DNA of 64,000 nucleotides from Escherichia coli (GTDB lineage Bacteria; Pseudomonadota; Gammaproteobacteria; Enterobacterales; Enterobacteriaceae): NCBI RefSeq assembly GCF_044647545.1, contig NZ_CP172818.1; one strand, 5' to 3'. Shown piece by piece: positions 24,013 to 33,607 of this stretch (position 1 is its first letter; each line of letters starts with the position of its first letter). The notes under the pieces were generated by a model. It saw only the letters and a program-made list of their open reading frames with translations, ran no database searches and was not told where the DNA came from. The position numbers and the translations under genes were made by a program.

Positions 24013-24474
24013 TTACGCCTGAATTACCTCGCGTGCCATCCCAATGTGTGGGATACCATCTTCTTCATAGACCTCCGTCACAGGGATAAAGCCAAAACTC
24101 TGGTAGAAGTTTTGCAGATGCGCCTGCGCCCCGAGGTAAACAGGTTTATCAGGCCAGTGACGCGTACATGTTTCGAGTGTTTTACTCATCAGCTGCTGCC
24201 CCACTTTTTCGCCACGCAACGCTTCACTGACAATCACCCGACCAATAACGACCGGCTCAAGATCATCATCACTTTTCAGAATCCTCGCATACGCCACCAG
24301 TTCATCATTTTTCCAACCGAGAATATGGCGATTATCCCTCGTCAAATCATCACCATCGATATCCTGATAAGGGCAATTCTGCTCAACAACAAAAACCGCG
24401 CAACGCAGTTGTAATAAGGCATAAAGCTGGGAAACCGATAATTCAGAGTGATGCAGATCTTGCCATTCAATCAT
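24013..24474 (-). CDS. elaA: GNAT family N-acetyltransferase
   Basis: ORF 24013..24474 minus, 153 aa. Confidence 0.85.
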   Translation of the reverse strand: MIEWQDLHHSELSVSQLYALLQLRCAVFVVEQNCPYQDIDGDDLTRDNRHILGWKNDELVAYARILKSDDDLEPVVIGRVIVSEALRGEKVGQQLMSKTLETCTRHWPDKPVYLGAQAHLQNFYQSFGFIPVTEVYEEDGIPHIGMAREVIQA

Positions 24475-24538
24475 AATGCTCTCCTTTTAGATGTATGCCT
24501 TATACTAGCCGGAATATTTTTTGAAACGTGATGAACTC

Positions 24539-25456
24539 ATGGAATTAATTTTTTTAGGTACTTCAGCCGGTGTGCCAACCCGTACGCGCAATGTCACGGC
24601 AATATTGCTTAACCTGCAACATCCGACCCAGAGCGGTCTTTGGTTGTTTGACTGCGGTGAAGGCACCCAGCATCAGCTACTGCATACCGCCTTTAACCCT
24701 GGAAAACTGGACAAGATTTTTATCAGTCACCTTCATGGCGATCATCTCTTTGGTTTACCCGGCTTGCTGTGCAGTCGTTCTATGTCTGGTATTGTCCAAC
24801 CCTTAACGATTTATGGTCCGCAAGGTATCCGTGAATTTGTGGAGACCGCGCTGCGGATTAGCGGCTCATGGACCGATTATCCGCTGGAAATTGTCGAAAT
24901 TGGCGCTGGCGAAATTTTCGATGATGGCCTGCGCAAAGTGACCGCTTATCCGCTGGAACACCCACTGGAATGCTATGGCTATCGTATTGAAGAACATGAT
25001 AAACCGGGTGCATTAAATGCCCAGGCATTAAAAGCTGCTGGCGTACCGCCTGGCCCACTGTTTCAGGAATTAAAAGCGGGCAAAACAATCATGCTGGAAG
25101 ATGGAAGGCAGATTAACGGCGCAGATTACTTAGCCGCTCCAGTACCAGGTAAAGCGCTCGCTATTTTCGGCGATACCGGCCCCTGCGATGCCGCACTTGA
25201 CCTGGCTAAAGGTGTCGATGTCATGGTGCACGAAGCGACGCTGGATATAACCATGGAAGCCAAAGCCAATAGTCGCGGTCATAGCTCTACACGCCAGGCT
25301 GCGACACTGGCCCGTGAGGCTGGAGTCGGTAAGCTAATCATTACCCACGTCAGCTCGCGCTATGATGACAAAGGTTGTCAGCACCTGTTACGTGAATGCA
25401 GGTCAATTTTCCCGGCGACTGAACTAGCGAATGATTTCACCGTGTTTAACGTTTAA
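24539..25456 (+). CDS. rbn: ribonuclease BN / RNase Z (metallo-beta-lactamase fold)
   Basis: ORF 24521..25456 (TTG at 24521); ATG 24539 gives [14 protein letters not shown]...; HxHxDH motif (HLHGDH). Confidence 0.9.
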   Translation: MELIFLGTSAGVPTRTRNVTAILLNLQHPTQSGLWLFDCGEGTQHQLLHTAFNPGKLDKIFISHLHGDHLFGLPGLLCSRSMSGIVQPLTIYGPQGIREFVETALRISGSWTDYPLEIVEIGAGEIFDDGLRKVTAYPLEHPLECYGYRIEEHDKPGALNAQALKAAGVPPGPLFQELKAGKTIMLEDGRQINGADYLAAPVPGKALAIFGDTGPCDAALDLAKGVDVMVHEATLDITMEAKANSRGHSSTRQAATLAREAGVGKLIITHVSSRYDDKGCQHLLRECRSIFPATELANDFTVFNV

Positions 25457-25646
25457 CTCTGCTTATTATTAAAAACAGGGCGAAACTTGCCCTGTTATCG
25501 CAACCCGCGCTACATATATCCCCCCACACGGGCATATTGAGCGATTTTTGATATTTATTCATCTCCTTACGCACTATATTCAGAGCAATAAGTTGCCTCT
25601 TTTTATCTTCATTCAGCACAACCTTTGCAACTAAAAGGAGCCTATA

Positions 25647-26855
25647 ATGGTTACAGTTGTCAGCAATTATTGTCAATTATCTCAAACCCAACTCAGTCAG
25701 ACATTTGCAGAAAAATTTACTGTGACCGATGAATTACTGCAGTCTTTAAAAAAAACAGCGTTATCCGGAGATGAAGAAAGTATTGAGTTACTGCATAACA
25801 TTGCGTTAGGTTATGATGAATTTGGGAAAAAAGCTGAAGATATTCTTTACCATATTGTTATAAACCCAACAAATGAAACCCTATCGATTATCCGACTTAT
25901 TAAAAATGCCTGTTTAAAATTATATAATTTGGCACATACCGCAACCAAACACCCCCTCAAATCACATGATTCAGATGATCTCCTGTTCAAAAAACTATTC
26001 TCCCCTTCGAAATTAATGACAATTATCGGTGAGGACATTCCTCTTATATCAGAAAAACAGTCGCTTTCAAAGGTACTTTTAAATGATAAGAATAATGAAC
26101 TGAGCGATGGGACAAACTTCTGGGATAAAAATCGTCAATTAACCACGGATGAAATAGATTGCTATCTTCAGAAGATCGCCGCTAGTGCAAAAAATACTCA
26201 AGTCAATTATCCTACTGGTCTCTACCTCCCCGATTCCAACAGCACTTACCTGGAAATCGCTCTCAATGATAATATTAAGAGCGATCCATCATGGCCGAAA
26301 GAAGTCCAGTTATTCCCCATAAATACTGGCGGACACTGGATATTAGTTTCGCTACAAAAAATAGTTAATGAAAAAAATAACACACAACAAATAAAATGCG
26401 TCATATTCAACTCATTACGTGCACTAGGCCATGATAACGAAAATTCACTTAAGCGTATCATTAATAGTTTTAATTCTGAACTCATAGGAGAAATGTCGAA
26501 TAATAATATAAAAGTTCATTTAACTGAACCCGAGATAATATTTTTACATGCCGATCTTCAGCAATATTTAAGCCAAAGTTGCGGTGCATTTGTGTGCATG
26601 GCAGCCCAGGAAGTGATTGAACAAAGGGAAAGCAATTCTGACAGCGCTCCCTATACGTTATTAAAAAACTATGCTGACAGATTTAAAAAATATTCAGCAG
26701 AAGAGCAGTACGAAATTGATTTTCAACATCGACAGGCAAACAGAAATTGTTATTTAGATAAATATGGCGATGCAAATATCAATCATTATTATAGAAACTT
26801 AGAAATAAAATATTCACACCCCCAAAATAAAGCATCAGGAAAAAGAGTAAGTTAA
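25647..26855 (+). CDS. elaD: ULP/CE-clan cysteine protease-like deubiquitinase
   Basis: ORF 25647..26855, 402 aa; visibly AT-rich coding sequence; recognised as ElaD from memory. Confidence 0.8.
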   Translation: MVTVVSNYCQLSQTQLSQTFAEKFTVTDELLQSLKKTALSGDEESIELLHNIALGYDEFGKKAEDILYHIVINPTNETLSIIRLIKNACLKLYNLAHTATKHPLKSHDSDDLLFKKLFSPSKLMTIIGEDIPLISEKQSLSKVLLNDKNNELSDGTNFWDKNRQLTTDEIDCYLQKIAASAKNTQVNYPTGLYLPDSNSTYLEIALNDNIKSDPSWPKEVQLFPINTGGHWILVSLQKIVNEKNNTQQIKCVIFNSLRALGHDNENSLKRIINSFNSELIGEMSNNNIKVHLTEPEIIFLHADLQQYLSQSCGAFVCMAAQEVIEQRESNSDSAPYTLLKNYADRFKKYSAEEQYEIDFQHRQANRNCYLDKYGDANINHYYRNLEIKYSHPQNKASGKRVS

Positions 26856-26872
26856 CATCATTGTTAATTAAT

Positions 26873-26904
26873 TCGACCAGTCAGTAAATATGCTGACTGG
26901 TCGA
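26873..26904. terminator. perfect 12-bp inverted repeat (TCGACCAGTCAG-taaatatg-CTGACTGGTCGA) between convergent elaD and yfbK; terminator-like hairpin
   Basis: Read directly in sequence; lies between the two convergent stop codons; no strong U-tract on either strand. Confidence 0.4.
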
Positions 26905-26925
26905 ACATAGTTTGCTAAAAAGTCA

Positions 26926-28692
26926 TCACTGACTGATGTCAGTCACACCACCCGCCAGTTCAACCAGGCGAATAAATTCCGCCCTGTAACCCTGTTGATC
27001 TTCCCCTTTTGCCTGCTGAGCCCACTGTTTTATCTGCTGCCATGAGATTTCGTCCAGGTATTCAGAACCGCGTAACTTTTGCCCATATGCAGCTACTGCT
27101 GCGCGAAAACGCATATCTTCAGAGGGCGCGTTTATTGTTGGCCCCAGCGGGAATTCAACTAACTGACTTTCTTTTCCCTGCGGGTATTTCCAACGAATCT
27201 TTAACCAGGCAAGTTCTTTTGTTTTGTCCGATTTCGCTGATTTGTTATCCGGGGCATAGCGTAACTTATCAATTGATGCTTTTTGCCCTTTCAGCGTTAA
27301 TTCGAATAACAACGTTATATGTTTACCTGCGCCAATATCACCCGCATCAACGTTGTCGTTATTAAAATCTTCCGCCCGAAGTTGGCGCTTTTCATAACCA
27401 ATCTGACGGTATTCCGTTACCCACGCGGGGTTAAACTCAATTTGCGCTTTGACATCTTTTGCTACGCTAATCAACGTCTGCCGCATTTCACTGTTCAATA
27501 CTTTCTGTGCTTCAGCGAGGGTATCAATGTAGCTGTAGTTACCGTTGCCAACATCGGCGATTCGCACCATCATTGCCTCGTTGTAATTGCTATCCCCCAC
27601 GCCAAACGTGGACAGAGAAACACCGGACTCCCGCTGTTTTTTGACCATTGATTCAATCGATTTAGGATCGTCAATGCCGACGTTAAAATCACCATCAGTG
27701 GCCAATAAAATGCGATTGATGCCACCCTTAATAAACCCCTTCGCCGCCTGCTGATAAGCCAGTTCCAGCCCGGCACCGCCATTGGTACTGCCATCGGCAT
27801 CCAGCGAATCAATTGCGGCATTAATTTCCGCCTTGTGACTCCCGGAGATAGAAGGCAACGCAATACGGGAGTCGCCAGCGTAGGTCACGATGGCAATGTT
27901 ATCCTGCTCACGAAGTTCTTTGACCAATAATTTCAACGAAGACTGGATAAGAGGCAAACGTTCATAAGAAATCATTGAACCAGAAGTGTCGATAAGAAAG
28001 ACCAGATTAGAAGCTGGTAACTCTTCACTTTTGCGATCTTTCGCCAGGATATCAACTTTCAGCAATGTTCGCTGTTCATTCCACGGCGCAGGTGCCAGTT
28101 CGTAGCGCATAGCGAAAGGTATTGGCTTACTGGCGGGAACAGGTTCTTTATTATTGCTTTTATCATTAATAACCCAGTCTGACGGAAAATAATTCACCAT
28201 CTCCTCCACCCGCACTGCATCTGGCGGAGGCAACTGCCCATGATTGAGAAAACGGCGTACATTCGCATAACTGCCGGTGTCGACGTCAAGGCTAAATGTC
28301 GCCAACGGGTTTTGCGCTACCTGCTTAACCGGATTATCATCGAACTGCTGATAGCGAGCGGTTCCTGGATTTGCGATTTGGGAGGCTGCTTTTTCTCTGG
28401 CTGCATGTTGATATTTTGGAGCCGCCTGTAAGCGCCCCTGCAAAGCCTGTTTGTCTGAATATTGTTGCGCTTCTTGCTGGGCTAAGGCTTTTGCTTTCGC
28501 GTCTGCAGTGGCTTTAGCGGCGACGGATCTTTGCTCGGCCTCTTTTATTGCAGCATGTTGCGCGGCAAGCACTTGCTGGTCTGTGGGAGTACTGGGTTGT
28601 TGTTGCAGACTTTCCTTATTCTCAGATTCCGGCCCACATCCTGACAAAATCAAACTACTCATAAGCAACATGATTATATTTTTATTTCGCAT
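26926..28692 (-). CDS. yfbK: von Willebrand factor A domain lipoprotein
   Basis: ORF 26926..28692 minus, 588 aa; lipobox LILSGC; Q/A/K-rich linker; vWA MIDAS motif DTSGSM. Confidence 0.8.
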   Translation of the reverse strand: MRNKNIIMLLMSSLILSGCGPESENKESLQQQPSTPTDQQVLAAQHAAIKEAEQRSVAAKATADAKAKALAQQEAQQYSDKQALQGRLQAAPKYQHAAREKAASQIANPGTARYQQFDDNPVKQVAQNPLATFSLDVDTGSYANVRRFLNHGQLPPPDAVRVEEMVNYFPSDWVINDKSNNKEPVPASKPIPFAMRYELAPAPWNEQRTLLKVDILAKDRKSEELPASNLVFLIDTSGSMISYERLPLIQSSLKLLVKELREQDNIAIVTYAGDSRIALPSISGSHKAEINAAIDSLDADGSTNGGAGLELAYQQAAKGFIKGGINRILLATDGDFNVGIDDPKSIESMVKKQRESGVSLSTFGVGDSNYNEAMMVRIADVGNGNYSYIDTLAEAQKVLNSEMRQTLISVAKDVKAQIEFNPAWVTEYRQIGYEKRQLRAEDFNNDNVDAGDIGAGKHITLLFELTLKGQKASIDKLRYAPDNKSAKSDKTKELAWLKIRWKYPQGKESQLVEFPLGPTINAPSEDMRFRAAVAAYGQKLRGSEYLDEISWQQIKQWAQQAKGEDQQGYRAEFIRLVELAGGVTDISQ

Positions 28693-28829
28693 ATAAAATC
28701 CTTTTAAATAAACTCAGGCACCAGACATAAAATACACTCTTTGTATCATCCTGCTGATCTTGATAAAATACAATATCGAAACCAATAACAAATAATGATT
28801 CAATAACGCAACCCATTAATAATTTGCAT

Positions 28830-29804
28830 ATGAAAAAAATAAAATTTTCTTTTATTATATTAATTCTGTTTTCACTCCCTCTGATTATTTTTTACCAACC
28901 CTGGGTCAATGCATTACCGCCAACGCCCCGACACGCAAGTCCTGAGCAATTAGAAAAAACAGTTCGTTATCTTACACAAACTGTGCATCCCCGTAGTGCC
29001 GACAATATTGATAATCTGAAAAGGTCCGCAGAGTATATAAAAGAGGTCTTTATCAGTAGCGGTGCCAGAGTTACCGCGCAGGACGTCCCCATTACGGGAG
29101 GTCCCTACAAAAACATTGTTGCTGATTATGGTCCTGCCGATGGACCGCTGATTATTATTGGTGCGCACTATGACTCTGTCAGCAGTTATGAAAACGATCA
29201 ATTGACCTATACGCCGGGCGCGGATGATAACGCCAGCGGCGTGGCAGGATTACTCGAACTGGCACGTTTGTTACAGCAGCAAGCACCGAAAACTGGCGTG
29301 CAGCTGGTCGCCTATGCGTCGGAAGAACCGCCCTTCTTTCGTAGCGATGAAATGGGGAGCGCGGTACATGCAGCTTCGCTTGAGCGTCCAGTGAGATTAA
29401 TGATAGCGCTGGAGATGATTGGCTATTACGACTCTGCGCCTGGTAGTCAGGATTACCCTTACCCGGCAATGTCCTGGCTTTATCCCGATCGGGGAGACTT
29501 TATTGCCGTGGTCGGCAGAATGCAGGATATCAACGCCGTTCGTCAGCTAAAAGCGGCATTGTTGTCATCTCAGGATTTATCTGTTTATTCTATGAATGCC
29601 CCAGGGTTTATTCCCGGTATTGATTTCTCTGACCACCTTAATTATTGGCAACACGATATTCCCGCCGTAATGATTACCGACACCGCTTTTTATCGTAATA
29701 AACAATACCACTTGCCCGGTGATACCGCAGACAGATTGAATTATCAGAAAATGGCCCAGGTCGTGGATGGCGTTATCACCTTGTTATACAACAGTAAACA
29801 ATAA
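28830..29804 (+). CDS. yfbL: M28 family zinc peptidase
   Basis: ORF 28824..29804 (TTG at 28824); ATG 28830 gives MKKIKFSFIIL...; signal sequence. Confidence 0.8.
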   Translation: MKKIKFSFIILILFSLPLIIFYQPWVNALPPTPRHASPEQLEKTVRYLTQTVHPRSADNIDNLKRSAEYIKEVFISSGARVTAQDVPITGGPYKNIVADYGPADGPLIIIGAHYDSVSSYENDQLTYTPGADDNASGVAGLLELARLLQQQAPKTGVQLVAYASEEPPFFRSDEMGSAVHAASLERPVRLMIALEMIGYYDSAPGSQDYPYPAMSWLYPDRGDFIAVVGRMQDINAVRQLKAALLSSQDLSVYSMNAPGFIPGIDFSDHLNYWQHDIPAVMITDTAFYRNKQYHLPGDTADRLNYQKMAQVVDGVITLLYNSKQ

Positions 29805-29903
29805 AATTTTCTCGAGGCGGGTCCAGAAAAAGCAACATGCGCATTTTATTTTCCCTCATCTGTTTTAAGATGCGAAACATGAAATTCAACGGAGGAAAAA
29901 TAA

Positions 29904-30389
29904 ATGGGAATGATTGGCTATTTTGCGGAAATCGACTCAGAAAAGATTAACCAACTGCTTGAGTCAGCTGAAAAACCTTTAATGGACAATATTCATGACA
30001 CGCTTTCAGGATTACGCCGACTGGATATTGATAAACGCTGGGATTTTTTACATTTTGGCCTGACAGGCACCTCTGCTTTTGATCCCGCGAAGAATGATCC
30101 GCTGAGTCGTGCCGTGCTTGGTGAACACAGCCTCGAAGATGGCATAGATGGTTTCCTGGGGTTGACCTGGAATCAGGAGTTAGCTGCGACAATCGACCGC
30201 CTGGAAGCTCTTGACCGAAATGTGCTGCGTAAACAGTTTTCCATTCAGCGACTCAATGAAATGGAGATTTATCCGGGAGTAACCTTTTCAGAAGAGTTAG
30301 AGGGGCAACTCTTTGCATCCATCATGCTTGATATGGAAAAATTAATTAGCGCTTATCGGCGTATACTGCGACAGGGGAATCATGGCTGA
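29904..30389 (+). CDS. yfbM: DUF1877 family protein
   Basis: ORF 29904..30389, 161 aa; GGAGG SD 8 nt upstream; recognised as YfbM. Confidence 0.75.
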   Translation: MGMIGYFAEIDSEKINQLLESAEKPLMDNIHDTLSGLRRLDIDKRWDFLHFGLTGTSAFDPAKNDPLSRAVLGEHSLEDGIDGFLGLTWNQELAATIDRLEALDRNVLRKQFSIQRLNEMEIYPGVTFSEELEGQLFASIMLDMEKLISAYRRILRQGNHG

Positions 30390-30399
30390 CTGTTGGCCA

Positions 30400-30431
30400 A
30401 AAAAACCGCCGAACATGTCGGCGGCTTTCTG
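30400..30431 (-). terminator. bidirectional rho-independent terminator (A7-CCGCCGA-acatg-TCGGCGG-CTTTCT) ending the nuo operon and yfbM
   Basis: 7-bp GC stem with T7 run on the minus strand, immediately 3' of the nuoN stop. Confidence 0.65.
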
Positions 30432-30448
30432 ACTTACGAACTGACAGC

Positions 30449-31906
30449 TTACATCAGCGGCATTGCTAACCGCACAATGCTAATCAGCGGTTGCGGCCAT
30501 ATACCCAGCACCAGTACCAACAGTGCAGAGATCAGCACCACGATACCGCCCGCGCTGTACTGCCAGTTTGATGGTGCATCGCGACCCGGTTGTTCCGGGG
30601 CATGCAGGTATAAGCTCACCGCTACGCGCAGGTAGTAGTAGAGGCCGATTGCCGAACCGACAACCACCGCGCCCACCAGCCACCACAAGTGTGCCTGGAC
30701 ACCGACCGCCAGCACGTAGAACTTACCGATAAAGCCCAGCGTCATTGGGATACCCGCCAGAGACAGCATCATCACCGTCATCACTGCCGCGAGGATCGGA
30801 CGATGCCAGAACAGACCGCGGTAAGAGAACAGGGAATCAGCATCCGGGCCACGATACGGGCTGGACATCAGGCTGACCACGCCGAACGCGCCGAGGCTGC
30901 TGAACAGATAACCGGCCAGGTAAACCCCTACCGCTTCCATCGACATCTCGCCCGTTTGCAGCGCAATCAGCGCCACCAGCAGATAGCCGAGATGAGAGAT
31001 AGATGAGTAACCGAGCAGACGTTTGATATTGGTCTGGCTCAGCGCCATCAGGTTACCGAAGATGATGGAGGCAAAGGCGATAATCGCCAGCACCACCCGA
31101 ATCGCTTCGCTGTCACCCACCGGTGCGTAGAGGAACAGACGCATCACCACACCGAAGATAGCGATTTTGCTCGCCGTCGCCAGGAAAGTGGAAACCGGCG
31201 CAGGCGCGCCCTGGTATACGTCTGGCGTCCACAGGTGGAACGGCACCAGAGAGAGTTTGAAGCCGAGGCCAACAATCATCAGGCCGAAACCTGCCAGCAA
31301 CAGCGGCTCGTTGAGCATACCGTCGCCGAGGTTTTTACCCAGCGCGACAAACGACAGGTCGCCAGACTGCGCATACACCAGCGCCATACCGAACAGCAGG
31401 AAAGAAGACGCTGCGGCAGAAAGGATGGTGTATTTGATACTGGCTTCCAGCGAACGTTTCTGGCGGAAAGCGTAACCGACCAGGCCAAACAGCGGCAAAG
31501 AGATCAGTTCAATACCGAGGAACAAAGACGCCAGATGGTTGGCATTCGCCAGCAGGATCCCGCCCAGCGCGGCAATTAACACCAACAGGTAGAACTCATC
31601 CTTGTTGTCGTTATAGCCTTCAAGCCACGGGTAGGCGAAAGTACAGGTGGCGAGGCTCGCCAACAATACCAGCCCGGTGTAAAGCATGGCGAAACCATCA
31701 ACGCGCATCAGCGGCGTAACGTCCATAGCGCCCGCCTGGCCGACAAACCAGAGCGAAACCAGCGCCGCGTTAAGCCCAATAACCGAGAGCGTAGCGTTGA
31801 GGAAATGATTGCGTCGCCACGCAATGGAGAGCATCACCACCACCACCGTCAAGCCGACGATCAGCAACGGTAGCAGTGCGATCAGGTTTTGTGGAGTTAT
31901 TGTCAT
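30449..31906 (-). CDS. nuoN: NADH-quinone oxidoreductase subunit N
   Basis: ORF 30449..31906 minus, 485 aa polytopic membrane protein. Confidence 0.95.
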   Translation of the reverse strand: MTITPQNLIALLPLLIVGLTVVVVMLSIAWRRNHFLNATLSVIGLNAALVSLWFVGQAGAMDVTPLMRVDGFAMLYTGLVLLASLATCTFAYPWLEGYNDNKDEFYLLVLIAALGGILLANANHLASLFLGIELISLPLFGLVGYAFRQKRSLEASIKYTILSAAASSFLLFGMALVYAQSGDLSFVALGKNLGDGMLNEPLLLAGFGLMIVGLGFKLSLVPFHLWTPDVYQGAPAPVSTFLATASKIAIFGVVMRLFLYAPVGDSEAIRVVLAIIAFASIIFGNLMALSQTNIKRLLGYSSISHLGYLLVALIALQTGEMSMEAVGVYLAGYLFSSLGAFGVVSLMSSPYRGPDADSLFSYRGLFWHRPILAAVMTVMMLSLAGIPMTLGFIGKFYVLAVGVQAHLWWLVGAVVVGSAIGLYYYLRVAVSLYLHAPEQPGRDAPSNWQYSAGGIVVLISALLVLVLGIWPQPLISIVRLAMPLM

Positions 31907-31912
31907 GGCGAT

Positions 31913-33442
31913 TTACGGCCTTGTAGTAGTAACGGAATTAACAAACCACTGCTGGATATTGCCAATCGCGGAGTGCGAGGTATCCAGAATCGGCTGCGGA
32001 TAGAAGCCCAGCAGTACCAGCAGCACCACCAGCAACAGGATCATAAACAGCTCGCGCAGCGACATCCCTGGCAGTTCCTGGCTGGCAATCTGGCTTTTCG
32101 CTTTACCGAAGTAAGCGCGATGAAGCATCGCCAGCGAATAAACAGATGCAAAGACCAGCCCAAAGGTAGAGATAACGGTAATCACCGGGACAACCTGGAA
32201 GCTGCCGAATAGAATCATAAATTCGCCGACGAAGTTACCGGTGCCTGGCATCCCAAGCGTTGCCACCGCAAAGAACAGCGACAGTGCCGGCAGCCATTTC
32301 ATCTTGCTCCACAGACCGCCCATCATGCGCATGTCGCGGGTATGGATACGTTCATAAAGCTGACCGCAGAGAATAAACAGACCCGCCGCCGACAAGCCGT
32401 GCGCAATCATCTGAATGACCGCGCCCTGGTAGGCCAACTGGCTGCCGGTGTAGATAGCAATCAGCACGAAACCCATGTGGGAAACCGAGGTGTAGGCGAT
32501 CAGACGTTTGATATCGGTCTGGGCGAAGGCCATCCACGCACCGTAGAAGATGCCGATAACACCCAGCCACATAGCGATTGGCGCGAACTCTGCCGACGCG
32601 TTCGGGAACAGCGGTAGGGAGAAACGCAGCAGACCGTAAGCGGCGGTTTTCAGCAAGATCCCCGCGAGGTCAACGGAACCGGCAGTCGGTGCCTGGGAGT
32701 GCGCATCTGGCAGCCAGCCATGCAGCGGAACCACCGGCATTTTCACCGCAAATGCGATGAAGAAGCCCAGCATCAACAGATATTCCACACCACTGGACAT
32801 TGGCGTATTCAGCAGCTCTTCATAGTTGAAGGTCCAGACGCCAGTCGCATTGTAGTGAACAAAAACCAGCGCCAGGATGGCGATCAACATCACCAGACCA
32901 CTCGCCTGGGTGTAAATGAAGAACTTGGTTGCCGCCGTGATACGCGTTTTACCATCAGAGGCTTTATGCCCCCACAGTGCGATCAGGAAGTACATCGGCA
33001 CCAGCATCATTTCCCAGAAGAAGAAGAACAGGAACATGTCGATGGCAAGGAACACGCCGATAACGCCGCCCAGGATCCACATCAGGTTGAGGTGGAAGAA
33101 GCCCTGATATTTTTCGATCTCTTTCCACGAACAGAGTACCGCCAGCACGCCGAGCAGACCGGTCAGCACGACCATCAGCAGCGACAGCCCGTCAATGGCG
33201 AGATGGATAGAGATACCAAAACGCGGGATCCACGGCATCTCGAATTCAGACTGCCACTGCGGAATTCCGGCGGATTGCGTCAGTGAATAACCGCCCTGCA
33301 ACCACAGTTGCAGCGACAGCGCCAGCGTCAATCCCATGGTGATCAGCGCGATCCAGCGCGGCACCTTGACGCCAAAGCGTTCGGTCTGCCAGCACAGGAA
33401 GCCGCCGATAAAGGGAATTAATATTAGCCAGGGTAGTAACAT
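31913..33442 (-). CDS. nuoM: NADH-quinone oxidoreductase subunit M
   Basis: ORF 31913..33442 minus, 509 aa. Confidence 0.95.
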   Translation of the reverse strand: MLLPWLILIPFIGGFLCWQTERFGVKVPRWIALITMGLTLALSLQLWLQGGYSLTQSAGIPQWQSEFEMPWIPRFGISIHLAIDGLSLLMVVLTGLLGVLAVLCSWKEIEKYQGFFHLNLMWILGGVIGVFLAIDMFLFFFFWEMMLVPMYFLIALWGHKASDGKTRITAATKFFIYTQASGLVMLIAILALVFVHYNATGVWTFNYEELLNTPMSSGVEYLLMLGFFIAFAVKMPVVPLHGWLPDAHSQAPTAGSVDLAGILLKTAAYGLLRFSLPLFPNASAEFAPIAMWLGVIGIFYGAWMAFAQTDIKRLIAYTSVSHMGFVLIAIYTGSQLAYQGAVIQMIAHGLSAAGLFILCGQLYERIHTRDMRMMGGLWSKMKWLPALSLFFAVATLGMPGTGNFVGEFMILFGSFQVVPVITVISTFGLVFASVYSLAMLHRAYFGKAKSQIASQELPGMSLRELFMILLLVVLLVLLGFYPQPILDTSHSAIGNIQQWFVNSVTTTRP

Positions 33443-33523
33443 GGCGATCTTTATTCCTTGTAAAAGTCCCGTCAGGACCGGATTTTCAACGAATTCTCAC
33501 GACAGAAAATTCTCTTCGGATTG

Positions 33524-33559
33524 TGGTTGTAGTGTCGGATGCGCCGCGAAGGCGGCTTA
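33524..33559. repeat. REP (repetitive extragenic palindromic) element in the nuoM-nuoL intercistronic gap
   Basis: GTCGGATGCGCCGCGAAGGCGGCTTATCCGACCTAC resembles the enterobacterial REP consensus GCCGGATGCGGCG...TTATCCGGCCTAC. Confidence 0.6.
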
Positions 33560-33607
33560 TCCGACCTACGTTCTTATATGCCCAGGGGCAAGCCCACAAT
33601 CCTTAAC

